Source of the DNA: Methanotrichaceae archaeon
GTDB taxonomy: Archaea; Halobacteriota; Methanosarcinia; Methanotrichales; Methanotrichaceae
Reading direction: 5' to 3'
NCBI GenBank assembly: GCA_963813075.1
Contig: CAWEXU010000007.1
Coordinates: 32,001 to 96,000 of the forward strand
Length of the DNA stretch: 64,000 bases
Of the stretch, positions 44,682 to 56,152 are shown piece after piece; position 1 is the first letter of the stretch, and the number at the start of each line of letters is the position of its first letter. A program made the position numbers and the translations under genes. The notes beneath the pieces are model-generated. The model had not been told where the DNA came from. It worked only from the letters and a program-made list of their open reading frames with translations, and made no database searches.

Positions 44682-46673
44682 TTACAGGTCAATGCGCGGG
44701 ATGTTATCTACGGACTCGGGGTTAGCCAGAGCAGAAAGGTCTCCGGTCTCCTTGCCCAGGGCCTTGGCCTTGATGACACGGCGCATGATCTTGCCGGACC
44801 TGGTCTTGGGGACATCCTTCACGAAGTAGACCTTGTCCGGGTATGCGACCGGGCCGAGGACCTTCCTGACGTGAGTGGAGATCTCCTTCTTGAGCTCTTC
44901 GGACTCAGCAACTCCATCCCTGAGAATGACGAAGGCGACGATCTTCTCGCCCTTGACCTCATCGGGCTGGCCGACCACGGCTGCCTCAGCGACCTTGGGG
45001 TGGCTGACAGCGGCGGACTCGACCTCAGCGTTGGAGATTCTGTGTCCTGCAACCTTCAGTACATCATCGATTCTGCCCTGGATCCACCAGTAGCCATCCT
45101 TATCGCGGGTGGCCTTGTCTCCAGCCAGGTATGTGCCGGGCTTGACCTGCCAGTACATATCCCAGTACTCCTTCTTGTACCGGACTTCATCTCTGAAGAA
45201 GGCACGGAGCATGCTTGGCCAGGGAGTCTTCTGAACGATGTTGCCGCCGTAGCCCAGTGGCACGGAGTTGGCATCCTCGTCGTAGATATCGGTGTTGAAT
45301 CCAGGCAAGGGGAAGCACACGGAGCCGGGCTTCTCGGGGGTCATGACCAGAGGAGCGATGACGTGGCATCCGGTCTCAGTCTGCCACCAGGTGTCGATGA
45401 TGGGAGCCTTGTCAGAGCCGATGTTCTTTCTGAACCACATGTATGCTTCTGGGTTCAATGGCTCGCCCACAGAGGCCAGGATTCTTACCTTGGACAGATT
45501 GTACTTCTTCACGAATTCCTCGCCGGTCTTCATGAACATCCTGATAGCGGTGGGTGCGGTGTAGAATACGGTGACGCCGTACTTCTCAATGATAGACCAC
45601 CAGCGGCCCAGATCAGGGAAGTCTGGAGAGCCTTCGTAGAGAATGGTGGTAGCGCCGAGGCACAGAGGACCGTATACCACGTAGCTGTGGCCGGTGATCC
45701 ATCCGCAGTCTGCGGTGCACCAGAAGACATCATTGTCGTGGACATCCATTACCCAGGAGGTTGTCTGGGCCGGGCAGACGGCATAGCCGCCATGAGCATG
45801 CTCAATACCCTTGGGCTTGCCGGTTGTGCCGGAGGTGTAGAGGATGAACAGCCTATCTTCTGGGTCGAGCATAACGGTCTCGCATTCCTCAGACTGGCCC
45901 TTCACGAAATCATCGTAATAGACATCGCGTCCCTCGGTCATGGGTACTGCTACCCCGGTTCTCTTGACGACTACTACCTTCTTGACGGAGGGTGCAGTCT
46001 TCATTGCCTCATCCACGTTGGGCTTGAGAGGCAGGGGCTTTCCGCGCCTGTAGAAGCCGTCAGCGGTGACGACAACCTTGGCCTCAGCATCGTTGACCCT
46101 GCTGTTCAGGCCACCGGAGGAGAATCCGGAGAAGACGATGGTGTGAATGGCACCGATCTTGGCGCAGGCCAGCATGGTGATGGGCAGCTCGGGGATCATG
46201 GGGAGGTATGCAACAACTCTGTCTCCCTTTACCACACCAACGCTCTTCAGGGCATTGGCCATCTTGTTGACCTCTACATAGAGCTGAGCGTAGGTGATAT
46301 CTCTGGCATCGCCGACTGGCTCGCCTATGAAGTGGTAGGCAACCTTGTCCTTATTGGCGCCCTTGGCATGCCTGTCCACGGCGTTGTAAGCGACATTGAT
46401 CTTGCCGCCGGTAAACCACTTGTAATAGGGCTTGGCGGAGTCGTCAAGGACCTTGGTGTAGGGCACAGACCAGTCTGCAAAGGTCTTTGCCATCTCATCC
46501 CAAAACTCAACATAATTGTCAGAGCACCACTTGCGCATCTCCATCTCTGTCTTGAAGCCCTTCTTCTTCATCCACTGATATGCATTGGAATACTCAATTA
46601 TATCCTGTGGGGTGTTGAAAATCCTGGTCTCTTCCTGCAGAGAAGCAGTCTTTGCTGTTTCAGCCAATTTCAT
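44682..46673 (-). CDS. acs: Acetyl-CoA synthetase (AMP-forming)
   Basis: [31 protein letters not shown]; spacing from AGGAGGT favours a TTG start at 46667. Confidence 0.97.
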   Translation of the reverse strand: MKLAETAKTASLQEETRIFNTPQDIIEYSNAYQWMKKKGFKTEMEMRKWCSDNYVEFWDEMAKTFADWSVPYTKVLDDSAKPYYKWFTGGKINVAYNAVDRHAKGANKDKVAYHFIGEPVGDARDITYAQLYVEVNKMANALKSVGVVKGDRVVAYLPMIPELPITMLACAKIGAIHTIVFSGFSSGGLNSRVNDAEAKVVVTADGFYRRGKPLPLKPNVDEAMKTAPSVKKVVVVKRTGVAVPMTEGRDVYYDDFVKGQSEECETVMLDPEDRLFILYTSGTTGKPKGIEHAHGGYAVCPAQTTSWVMDVHDNDVFWCTADCGWITGHSYVVYGPLCLGATTILYEGSPDFPDLGRWWSIIEKYGVTVFYTAPTAIRMFMKTGEEFVKKYNLSKVRILASVGEPLNPEAYMWFRKNIGSDKAPIIDTWWQTETGCHVIAPLVMTPEKPGSVCFPLPGFNTDIYDEDANSVPLGYGGNIVQKTPWPSMLRAFFRDEVRYKKEYWDMYWQVKPGTYLAGDKATRDKDGYWWIQGRIDDVLKVAGHRISNAEVESAAVSHPKVAEAAVVGQPDEVKGEKIVAFVILRDGVAESEELKKEISTHVRKVLGPVAYPDKVYFVKDVPKTRSGKIMRRVIKAKALGKETGDLSALANPESVDNIPRIDL

Positions 46674-47015
46674 ACCTCCTTCTAATCTAGATCTGGCGTT
46701 CCCGGCTCCCGATTTAGTCAGACTTTGTTTTTGAAGAGAATTCTATAGTACTTCTGAATGTCTCTTCGGGCTGACTTTCCTCTTAATTGCACATCTTGCG
46801 CGCCGGAGGGGGCTCGGTGAACTTCGAATCGAGAACTTCTTGCTCATTTATAAAGTTATCGCGATATTAATGTTCATAGTAGTTAATGGTAATTATTTAT
46901 CAGTAGTATACTGTGTAATTCAAATATTTTTTTAAAAGAATATGGCGTATAAAATGCCCAAACATAAGATGGATTAATACTATCAAAAAATAAGATTATA
47001 AAAAAGTGTGCCCGC

Positions 47016-49004
47016 TCAGATGAGCGGGATGGCATCAACTGCATCGGGGTTAGCCAGAGCGGACAGATCTCCGGTGGGCTTTCCTAATGCCTTGGCCTTG
47101 ATGACACGGCGCATGATCTTGCCGGATCTGGTCTTGGGCACATCCTTGACGAATAAAACCGTCTCTGGGTAAGCTACTGGACCCAATACTGTGCGGACGT
47201 GCTTGGCCAGCTCCTTCTTCAGATCCTCAGTCTCCTCCTGTCCGGTCCTGAGGATGACGAAGGCCACTATTACCTCACCCTTGACCTCATCAGGCTTGCC
47301 GATAACTGCAGCCTCAGCCACCTTGGGGTGAGATACGAGTGCCGACTCCACCTCTGCATTGGAGATTCTGTGACCGGCAATCTTCAACACATCGTCGATC
47401 CTGCCCTGGATGAAGAAGTATCCATCTTTGTCCTTCATGGCCTTGTCGCCGGCCAGGTATGTGCCGGGCCTGATATCCCAGTAGGTGGACCAGTACTCTT
47501 TCTGGTACCTCTCGGGATCTCTGTAGAAGGCCCTGAGCATGGATGGCCAGGGTGTGTTGCTGACGATATTGCCTCCGGAGCCAAGAGGAACCGGGTTGGC
47601 TTCCTCGTCCAGGACATCGATATTGAATCCTGGCAGCGGGAATGTCGCAGAGCCGGGCTTCAATGGAGTGATGGGCAGGGGAGCTACCATGAATGTGCCG
47701 GTCTCAGTCTGCCACCAGGTGTCCATAATCGGCAGCTTGCCAGCGCCAAAGGTGTTTCTGTACCACATCCAGGCCTCGGGATTGATGGGCTCGCCCACAG
47801 ATCCGAGAAGCCTCAGGCTGGAAACATCGTACTTCTTGGCCCAGCTATCTCCGGCCTTCATCAACATCCTGACTGCGGTTGGCGCAGTGTAGAAGACTGA
47901 TACCTTGTTGTCCTGAATTATCTTGTACCATCTTCCCAGGTCTGGGAAGTCAGGAGAACCCTCATACATTATGCTGGTTGCACCAAGAACAAGCGGCCCG
48001 TAGACGATGTAGCTGTGACCGGTAATCCATCCGATATCGGCTGTGCACCACCAGACATCATTGTCCTTAACATCAAAGACCCAGTGCAGAGTCTGTGCGG
48101 GACCTACCTGGTATCCGCCATGGACATGCTCAATGCCCTTGGGCTTGCCGGTGGTGCCGGAGGTGTACAGGATGAACAGTCGATCCTCTGCGTCCATCTT
48201 CTCGCATTCGCATGCCTCGGACTTTCCGGCCACCAGGTCATCCCACCAGATATCTTTGCCCTCTTTCATGGGGACCTCGACGCCGGTCCTCTTGTAGACC
48301 ACTACCTTCTGCACCGATGGGGTATTGGCAGTAGCCTCGTCAACATTTGGCTTGAGGGGCAGTGGCTTGCCGCGCCTGTAGAAACCATCCACAGTGATAA
48401 CCACTTTTGCCTCAGCATCCATGATTCTGCTGTTCAGGCCGCCGGAAGAAAATCCGGAGAAAACAATGCAGTGAATGGCTCCGACCTTGGCTATGGCCAG
48501 CATGGCAATGGGCAGTTGAGGGATCATGGGCATGTACAGCATGACTCTGTCTCCCTTGACTACGCCCAGACTCTTCAGGCCGTTAGCGAATTTATTGACT
48601 TCTTTTTCCAGTTGTGCATAAGTTATCTTTTGGGTGGGCTGATCGACGGGTTCAGGGACGAAAATGTAGGCTACCTTATCCTTCTTGGCCCCCTGGGCGT
48701 GCCTATCAACGCAATTGTGGGTCACATTGCACTTGCCGCCCACGAACCATTTGGCATATGGTGGCTTCCATTCCAGGGTTGAGGACCAGGGCTCAAACCA
48801 ATCGGCATAGGTCTTGGCCATCTCTCCCCAGAATTGGATGTAGTTGGCAGAGCACCAAAGGCGCATTTCACGCTCTGTCTTGAAGCCCTTCTCTTTCATC
48901 CACTTCATTACGTTGGAGTTCTCAGCTAGATCCTTGGGTGCCTCGAATATCCTGGTCTCTTCCAGTAAGACGGATGTCTTTGCAGTTGCTTTTTCCTCAG
49001 CCAA
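47016..49004 (-). CDS. acs: Acetyl-CoA synthetase (AMP-forming), TTG start
   Basis: [38 protein letters not shown] upstream. Confidence 0.97.
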   Translation of the reverse strand: MAEEKATAKTSVLLEETRIFEAPKDLAENSNVMKWMKEKGFKTEREMRLWCSANYIQFWGEMAKTYADWFEPWSSTLEWKPPYAKWFVGGKCNVTHNCVDRHAQGAKKDKVAYIFVPEPVDQPTQKITYAQLEKEVNKFANGLKSLGVVKGDRVMLYMPMIPQLPIAMLAIAKVGAIHCIVFSGFSSGGLNSRIMDAEAKVVITVDGFYRRGKPLPLKPNVDEATANTPSVQKVVVYKRTGVEVPMKEGKDIWWDDLVAGKSEACECEKMDAEDRLFILYTSGTTGKPKGIEHVHGGYQVGPAQTLHWVFDVKDNDVWWCTADIGWITGHSYIVYGPLVLGATSIMYEGSPDFPDLGRWYKIIQDNKVSVFYTAPTAVRMLMKAGDSWAKKYDVSSLRLLGSVGEPINPEAWMWYRNTFGAGKLPIMDTWWQTETGTFMVAPLPITPLKPGSATFPLPGFNIDVLDEEANPVPLGSGGNIVSNTPWPSMLRAFYRDPERYQKEYWSTYWDIRPGTYLAGDKAMKDKDGYFFIQGRIDDVLKIAGHRISNAEVESALVSHPKVAEAAVIGKPDEVKGEVIVAFVILRTGQEETEDLKKELAKHVRTVLGPVAYPETVLFVKDVPKTRSGKIMRRVIKAKALGKPTGDLSALANPDAVDAIPLI

Positions 49005-49489
49005 ATCTTATTCCTCCTCTTATAAGCGATGATCGTAGATCCATCCCTGCAATTGATGTGAGATTTGCTTTCAATACATCATGGATTGTAGAGCCCCGGC
49101 TGCTCCTCTGGAATGGGTCTTAGAAGCATCTTCACGAATCATTATTTTCATTATTTATAAGGTTAATGGTATGCAAAATGCCTATAAGAGCATTTTTTTA
49201 AAAAATTTAGGTGTGTTCATTCTCATTCATGCCCTTTATGGTTCAGATGGCTTCAATGCGATCAAATATTGCTTCAAATCTATGATGATTATTTATAGTA
49301 TGTTGCCGATATGTGAATCGTCCATATGGCAATCGCGATTGCATGATCCATTAACGATTCTGCAGATCAAAAATTATATAAAATAATATTAATATTAAAA
49401 AGCTGTAACTCTCTGTGCCGCCATGCATTCGATTATATTATTAATAATAAATACGATTTAAATTTGAAATATTACACCCTGATCAGAAA

Positions 49490-50864
49490 TCAATCAACTG
49501 CTCTTCCTGAGACATAAAAGGAGTTGCATCCCGTGATCTCAACCATCACCCTCGAACCCAGGGGAATATTTTCTCCGACCACCACCACACCCAGGTAGTT
49601 TGCCGCCCTGGCCTTCACTGTGCCTCCCTTTCCTGCCTCCACCGCCAGGCAGGGCAGGAGCCTTCCCAGGTAACGGCGATTCTTCCTGGCGGCAATATCC
49701 AGCCACAACTCTGTCATCGCCCTTGAACGGTCCTTCTTTATTCTGTCGGGCATGTCGTACATCCCCGCCGCTCCTGTGCCCGGCCGCTGAGAAAAGCGAG
49801 TGACATTGACCTTGTCCGGCTGCAGGCGATCTATTGCCCTCATGCTTTCCATAAAGTCCTCTTCCCTCTCGCCGGGAAAGCCTGTTATTATATCGGTGAT
49901 TATGGTGATATCCTCATACTTTTTCCGGAAGGCATCCGCGACTGCCAGGAAGTCTTTTGCATTATATTTCCTTCCCATGCTCTGCAGGATCTCATCGGAG
50001 CCGGATTGCAGGGGGATATGGAGAAATCTGTAGACTTTAGGGCTGCTGAAGGCCTCGATCAGCTCCTCCAGCTGGAAAAGGATGCTATCGGGATTCATCA
50101 TCCCCACTCTCAGCTGGAAGTCTCCCGGGAGCCGAGCGGCCATCTGGAGGAGCCCGGCCAGGCTGAACCCCAGATCCCGACCGTAGGCCGCCGTGTCCTG
50201 GGCGGCGATCTGGATCTCAGCTGCCCCCTGCCGCTGCCACCCTCTTTATCTGGTCTATGATCTCCTCAGGAGGGCGGCTTTTTAGCCTGCCCCTGGCCTT
50301 GCGGACGATGCAGTAGCTGCAGCTCCCATTGCACCCCTCGGCCACATTGACAATGCTGCAGAGGCTGCAGAGGCTCGATGGGAGGAGAGGGGATGTGGGG
50401 AGAGGATGTGGGATGAGAGGATGTGGGAGCGCTCGATGGGGAAGGCATGATGGTGAAGATGATGATGAAGATGAAGATGATGGAGAGCATGACAGCGATG
50501 CATTTGGCATGCTCTCTTGCCCTGCCTGTCTGCGGGATGGTGAATCCCCAAACAGGTCTGCCAAGGCTGTGGCCCGGGCTCCATTCAGCAGCCCCATGAT
50601 CTTTCGGCAGCTTATCCCGCGGATGGAGTCGGGCAAGGCTTCAGCCAGGCAGCCGGCCACAACCAGCCTCTCGCCCTCCAGCTGCCGCAGCCGGCGGAGG
50701 ACCTTTCTCTCCGTCCTTTCGGTGACCGCGCAGGTGTTCACTATCACCGCCTCCGCCTCCTTCAGGCCGGAAGGGGTATGGCCCATCTCCTGCAGGGCCT
50801 CCGCCAGATCCAGAGAGTTTCCGAAGTTCGATGTGCAGCCGAAGGTCTCGATATAAAACTTCAT
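49490..50864 (-). CDS. MiaB-like radical-SAM tRNA methylthiotransferase (archaeal e-MtaB type; frameshift near 50225)
   Basis: ETFGCTSN, NTCAV, GCNGSCSYC, HIPLQSGS, TDIITGFPGE, TRAM-like C-terminus. Confidence 0.88.
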
Positions 50865-50882
50865 TAAATCCTCATTAAATCC

Positions 50883-51947
50883 TCATGATATGGTTTCATT
50901 CAAAGGCTGATCCTCAAGCCCATTTCGGGCCATCTCCTCTCTTCTCACCTGATAAATCCCTATGATCGCCCCGATGACCGCGGGAGCGAGGAAGAAGCCG
51001 CCGATCCCCGCCACCAGAGCCCCACCGAAAAAGGAGAGCAAGACCAGCAGGGGGTGCATTGAGGACCTGGTGGAGATGATATAGGGCCTTATGAACAGCT
51101 CTGAGGGAAGGTAGATGAGAGTGGAGCTGATGACCAGGAAGAATAGCGCTCCCTCCAGGCCCACGGCGAAGTAGCGGTAGACGGCCAGGGGGACCAGGAC
51201 CGCCCAGGAGGTGAGGATCGGGACCATGCCGGCGACAAAAACGATGCTCGCCAAAGCTATGGGCCGGGGGATGTTGAAGAGATAGAATATCACCGCTGCG
51301 ATCAGGCTTCCCACGATTGAGGTGTAGACGGTGCCGATGAATATGCCGCTCAGAATGCGGTCGATTCTCTCGATGTACCTCTCCAGGACTCTCATATCTC
51401 CGTCCGGCAGGAGGGATATCAGCGATCCCACGAAGGCCTCGCCGTCCAGGAGGATGAAGTAGCAGATGGGAAAGGAGATGAGAAAGTTGATTATCCCCAA
51501 AGAGGCCACCCTGCCGATCTGGAGGATAGGAATGGATGCTGCCAGGGAGGCGATCAGGCCGAAGACGTTCTCAAAACCAGAGAGCAGGCTCTCCCTGGCC
51601 CAGGGAGGAAGTTCGGTCGCCGTCTGCTGCATCAGAATGCCCAGCCATGATCGAAGTGCCTCCTGGTTTTTTGCCAGGGCTATTATCTGGTTGGCCACTT
51701 CAAGGGTCCCCAGGCCCAGCATGAGAAATATGGGGACCACGACGCAGACGGCAGCGACGAGCGAGCCCAGCCTTCTTCTCTTGCCGAACATGTCCCTGAT
51801 GGGCCGGCCCACATAAGCGAAGACGCTGCCCAGGATTATGCCGTCTAAGAATGGAAAGGCAAAGTAGGCGGTCACGAGGACCGCGGCCAGGGCTAGGAGC
51901 AGGATACCCTTGTGCTCTCTGCACCAGCGACCAGGGTCGTAGTCCAT
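50883..51947 (-). CDS. AI-2E (PerM/UPF0118) family transporter
   Basis: Multi-TM, IRPY...MHPLLVLLSFFGG...GFFLAP. Confidence 0.9.
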   Translation of the reverse strand: MDYDPGRWCREHKGILLLALAAVLVTAYFAFPFLDGIILGSVFAYVGRPIRDMFGKRRRLGSLVAAVCVVVPIFLMLGLGTLEVANQIIALAKNQEALRSWLGILMQQTATELPPWARESLLSGFENVFGLIASLAASIPILQIGRVASLGIINFLISFPICYFILLDGEAFVGSLISLLPDGDMRVLERYIERIDRILSGIFIGTVYTSIVGSLIAAVIFYLFNIPRPIALASIVFVAGMVPILTSWAVLVPLAVYRYFAVGLEGALFFLVISSTLIYLPSELFIRPYIISTRSSMHPLLVLLSFFGGALVAGIGGFFLAPAVIGAIIGIYQVRREEMARNGLEDQPLNETIS

Positions 51948-52188
51948 GGGTCACACCGAGGAACGAAGCATTTTGTCTTATTGCGGAGTTCGTCTGCTTG
52001 ATAGATATGAGTGACGCTTTATTAATGTTTCAAGGGTATGAGAACAGGTGGATAGATATATGCCAGAGGTCAAGGATGCGCATAAGAAGATGATGACTGA
52101 GGATCAAGCGTTCTTCAGGTAGGGAAATGAACTCTTCTTGAGGCTTCGCCTGCCACTGTTTTCTGTTCTTTTTTCTTGCCTTGATCGT

Positions 52189-52338
52189 CTCCGTGAGTTT
52201 TTGTGAACTTTGTGCGCTTTGTGGTTGGTTAATTTGGCTCTTAATTTTATTGCATAGCTATTATTTCACCACAAAGAACACAAAGCGCACAAAGGGCCCA
52301 TAAAGGAAAAGACGGCACTCCTTCGAAAGCTCATCTTC
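52189..52338. repeat. MITE-like palindromic repeat of the 9-bp-periodic family, both arms
   Basis: ctttgtgcgctttgtgg ... ccacaaagaacacaaagcgcacaaag; matches 16939-17048. Confidence 0.85.
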
Positions 52339-52340
52339 TC

Positions 52341-53480
52341 TCATGCATACGCCAGCTCCAGCATCCCCTCCAGCCGCTCCAGCCTCTCCCCAGGATCCTG
52401 GTTCTGCTCACGCACCCAGGCGAGCAGCTTCTTTACCGCCCGGCCACTGTCGATGATATCTCCTGCCTTCTCCACTCCCTCTCGCAGGTCCTCTGAGCGG
52501 CCGGTGATGCAGAGCAATGGAGCAGCATTCAGGCATACGATCTCCCTTCTGTCCCCCCGATCTAAACCTGACAGGACCCGAAGCAGCCTTACTGCCTCCT
52601 TTTCGATATCCCCGAGGTTGAGAAGGGCTGATTCATCCCCCTTCTCCAGGCCCAGGTCGCAGGCATAAAGAGCATACTCCCTGATCCTGCCATCCTCATC
52701 CAGCTCCGCCACATCCGTTCTGCCCAGGGTGGAGAGCTCATCCATCCCCCGCAGATCGTCCCCGCTCCGGCCGTGGACCACAAAGGCCCTCTTGTAGCCG
52801 ATCTCCTTCATCGCCTGGGCGATGGGCAGAACCATCTCCCGGCTATAGACCCCACGGACCCCGTAGGCGGGCAGAGCGGGATTGGCCAGGGAGCCGGCGA
52901 TGTTCAGGACGGTGCCGAACCTGATCTGAGAGAGGATTCTGGAGAGGGCAGAGGGGTGGACCTTGCCGCTCATGCCGTTGAAGATGCCGATCCCTGCCAC
53001 CTCGATGCTCCTTTTCACCAGGTCCACATCGCAGTCCACGTCGACGCCCAGCATCTCGAGCATATCCACTGTGCCGCAGCGGGAGGTTATCGCCCGGCTG
53101 CCATGCTTGGCCATATTGATGCCATCCGCTGCCGCCACAATCGAGGCTGCGGTGCTGATATTGAAGGTCTTGATCGAGTCCATGCCCGTGCCGCAGTTCT
53201 CCGCCAGCGGCCCCTGGACATCGGGCCGGACCTTCAATGTGTCCACCTCGTATATCGCCTCCCAGATGCCGGCGATCTCCTCCGCTGTGGCTCCCTTAGC
53301 GGTGATGGCGGCCAGAAACGCCCCCTGCTGCAGATCCGGCTGCTCGTTTTTCAGGATCTGGCGGAATAGCTCAAAGGCCTCGCCTCGGCTAAGGCTTTTG
53401 CCTTTGATCAGATCGTCCACCTTCCTTCCAAAGTGCTTCAAGCTCTCTTCCGACACCACTTTCGACAAATCTCTAGCCAT
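52341..53480 (-). CDS. Anthranilate phosphoribosyltransferase-like protein (divergent TrpD paralog)
   Basis: CGTGMD..TFNISTAA, KHGSRA, MDELST, LNAA; probable start MARDLSK. Confidence 0.85.
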   Translation of the reverse strand: MARDLSKVVSEESLKHFGRKVDDLIKGKSLSRGEAFELFRQILKNEQPDLQQGAFLAAITAKGATAEEIAGIWEAIYEVDTLKVRPDVQGPLAENCGTGMDSIKTFNISTAASIVAAADGINMAKHGSRAITSRCGTVDMLEMLGVDVDCDVDLVKRSIEVAGIGIFNGMSGKVHPSALSRILSQIRFGTVLNIAGSLANPALPAYGVRGVYSREMVLPIAQAMKEIGYKRAFVVHGRSGDDLRGMDELSTLGRTDVAELDEDGRIREYALYACDLGLEKGDESALLNLGDIEKEAVRLLRVLSGLDRGDRREIVCLNAAPLLCITGRSEDLREGVEKAGDIIDSGRAVKKLLAWVREQNQDPGERLERLEGMLELAYA

Positions 53481-53571
53481 CTTCCCCTCCCTTTCGCTAT
53501 AATTTCCATGCCTAATGACTATTGATTCTGAATTGATTCTATCGATTCTAATGATGCTATTGCTGCTCTTT

Positions 53572-54693
53572 TTAAACCGCACAGACAACCGACTTCAATC
53601 CTTCTCGCCTGGAGGAATGCTCAAATGCATCCCCGATCCGGTCCAGATCAGCTTTCTTGGTGATGATCCAGTCGGCCTTTATCTGCCCGGATTCAAGGAG
53701 CCGGGCTGCCATTCTGTTCTGCCGGCTGCTGCAGCCGTACGAGCCGGTGATGGTCTGCTCAAGGTAATGCATCGAGCGCAGGTCGATCGTCTCCTCATAC
53801 TCGCCTGGCCGGGGACCGGAGAATATGCAGATTCTCCCCCCAGGCGCAAGCAGCCTCATCTGCCTCTGGCTGATCTTCACCTCCGGGGTGGCAGTGAGGA
53901 TAGCGTCCACTCCCCTGCCATCGGTCTCGCTCAGAACCGTCTTTTCCGCTTCACTGAGCATATCCGGATCCTGCCCATCATCATCCCGGTTGCCGGAGGA
54001 TAGGTCGATCACCTGGGCAGAGGTATGCCTCCTGATCTCCTCGATCCTTCCGGGCAGCCTCTCTGCCAGCAGGATCTTTTCCGCCCCCTTTAATTCCGCC
54101 AGGAGGACATGAAGAGCGCCAATTGGTCCTCCGCCCCAGATCAGCACAGTGTCCCCCTCTCTGACCCTGGCCTGCTCCTGTCCGTTAATGCAGCAGGCTA
54201 AAGGCTCGGTCAGGGTGAAGAGGGCAGGGTCCGCTCCCTCTGGCAGGGGATAGAGAGCGGTACTACTGCCAGAAGACTCAGAAAGGCTCTGAGCGGGCAG
54301 GGCCAGATACTGGGCAAACCCCCCGTCGATGTTGAAGCCGATTATCTTCATATCCCGGCAGCGGTTGTCTGCGCCCTGCAAGCAGGCAGGGCAGCATCCG
54401 CAGGCGATGCCCGGCCAGATCTGGACCAGATCGCCCGGCTTAAAGCTGGAGGAGCTGTTGGCTCTCGCCTTAAGGTCGATCTCCTCTATCCGGCCCACAA
54501 CCTCATGCCCCAGGACGCGCGGATAGCAGAGGTCCCGGTGCCCCTGATAGAGCATCTTGATGTCCGTTCCGCAGATAGCGCAGGCCTCGACTCTGATCAG
54601 CGCCCCTCCCGGAGGGCACAGAGGATCGGGCAGATCCATCAGCTCCAGGTTCTTTGGGCTTTTCAGCACTGCTGCTTTCATGATTCGGTCCAC
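53572..54693 (-). CDS. Zn-dependent medium-chain dehydrogenase (sorbitol/threonine DH-like)
   Basis: CGTD, GHE, CGCCPAC..C, GGGPIG. Confidence 0.9.
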   Translation of the reverse strand: MDRIMKAAVLKSPKNLELMDLPDPLCPPGGALIRVEACAICGTDIKMLYQGHRDLCYPRVLGHEVVGRIEEIDLKARANSSSSFKPGDLVQIWPGIACGCCPACLQGADNRCRDMKIIGFNIDGGFAQYLALPAQSLSESSGSSTALYPLPEGADPALFTLTEPLACCINGQEQARVREGDTVLIWGGGPIGALHVLLAELKGAEKILLAERLPGRIEEIRRHTSAQVIDLSSGNRDDDGQDPDMLSEAEKTVLSETDGRGVDAILTATPEVKISQRQMRLLAPGGRICIFSGPRPGEYEETIDLRSMHYLEQTITGSYGCSSRQNRMAARLLESGQIKADWIITKKADLDRIGDAFEHSSRREGLKSVVCAV

Positions 54694-54697
54694 GGCC

Positions 54698-55760
54698 CTA
54701 TTTTTTGGGAAGCTCGACCGTCATCAAAACCCGGTCGGTCTCACTGACCAGTTGCTCCTGAGTGAATCCATAAAGCCCCGCCAGAAGGCTGGCTCCGCCC
54801 ATGCCCACTCCCTCTTTGACATAACCCTGGGCATAGACCTGCAGCCCGGGAATCTTCGATCTCTCAAGACCCGGATCGGCATAGTAGTAGGGCCTCTTCG
54901 TAGCCTCCACTATCTGCCGGAAGTTGGCCGTCCGGTCCTCCATGATGTACTTCGTGGTGGCAATGGAGATGTCCCCTTTCAGGTCCAGGGACTTTCCCAG
55001 AGCCAGCACAGTTGCCATCTGCGTTCCCCCTGCCAGCACCACTCTACACCCGGAGTTGGAGCAGGAAAGGCCGCTGATCAATCCCAGGGCGCAGGGCATC
55101 ATGGGGTCGCCCAATTCCCGTATCGCTTCCATTGGATCGTCCTTCAGGCTTCCCGCAGCCACTCCGGCCCGGTTCATGGCCTCTGCTGCCACCTGCTCCT
55201 TGAGGCCTGTCGGATTGGAGACAAAGCTGCTGCTTACCTTTTCCCTGTAGCCGAGGGCCCGGAGGACGGCTAAGAGCGGTGGTTGTGCCCCCTGCTATTG
55301 ACTCCCCGATGAAGATGCAGTCAGAGAGCCCGGCAAGCTTGCTTCCCAGCCGCCTGGCCCTTTCAAATGTCCCCTGGGGATCGATGACCGCGCTCTCCTT
55401 TCGGATGTCCCCTCCAGGCTGGCCTCCCAGCTCAACGTAAGGTACGGCCGGCTTTTTTCGCAGGCCTGAGGCCACGAATAGGGAGTTGATGCCCGTGAGG
55501 TTCAGGGCCGCTTTGGTGATCACCGCCGGGGTGGGCGAGCCTCCGGGAGCTTCAGGCAGCTCGGGCATGGTGATGATTTTGTTGGTCTCCACCAATTCCG
55601 CGTCTGCTCCTGGGGTGTAGTCGGTCAATTCGGGAGTGGTACCCGCGGCGGAGAGGCCGGGAATCTTACCGGTGTCCGTATTGGATATGATGCAGAGGAA
55701 TAGCGGCCGCTGGGGGCGAGGCCCGAAATCGGGATAGATCCATTCTGGCATGAAATACAA
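54698..55760 (-). CDS. cobT: Archaeal CobT-type nicotinate-nucleotide:benzimidazole phosphoribosyltransferase (frameshift near 55265)
   Basis: IPGLSAAG, TPGADAE, PTPAVIT, GESIAGGTTTA, LAGGTQM, VKEGVGMGG. Confidence 0.88.
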
Positions 55761-56152
55761 TCAGGCGATCCGGGTATATTAAATCAACGCTACATTATTT
55801 AATTCAAGTTTATTTGAATGGCGCTAAAGTGGTTTTGTACTCTCGCGCAGATGCCACCGATCGCTATTGAAGAGACTTTCATCTTCTTTTTTTCTCCATT
55901 CCAACCGATATTGAAAAGTCCCCCTGGGGTCGTCTTCCTCTGTCCGCTCTGTGACTCTGCGGTTTTTCCCGTATACCAGATTCCTTTTTCTTCTCATCTC
56001 TGGCGATATCAGCCCTGTTCAGCCTGCCTCCCCCGAGGTCTTCTAGGGCATTGCTCGACAAAGGCTTATAAAGGAGAAGGTGAGACTGAGGCTTGTTGTA
56101 GGCAAATGACGAAAAGTCTATCGCCGAATAGTGGAATACTGGAGGTTTATAA

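Noticed and set aside
44670..46685. 671-aa plus-strand ORF and the many other long antisense ORFs
   Set aside because: Shadows of strongly codon-biased genes on the opposite strand; no recognisable motifs
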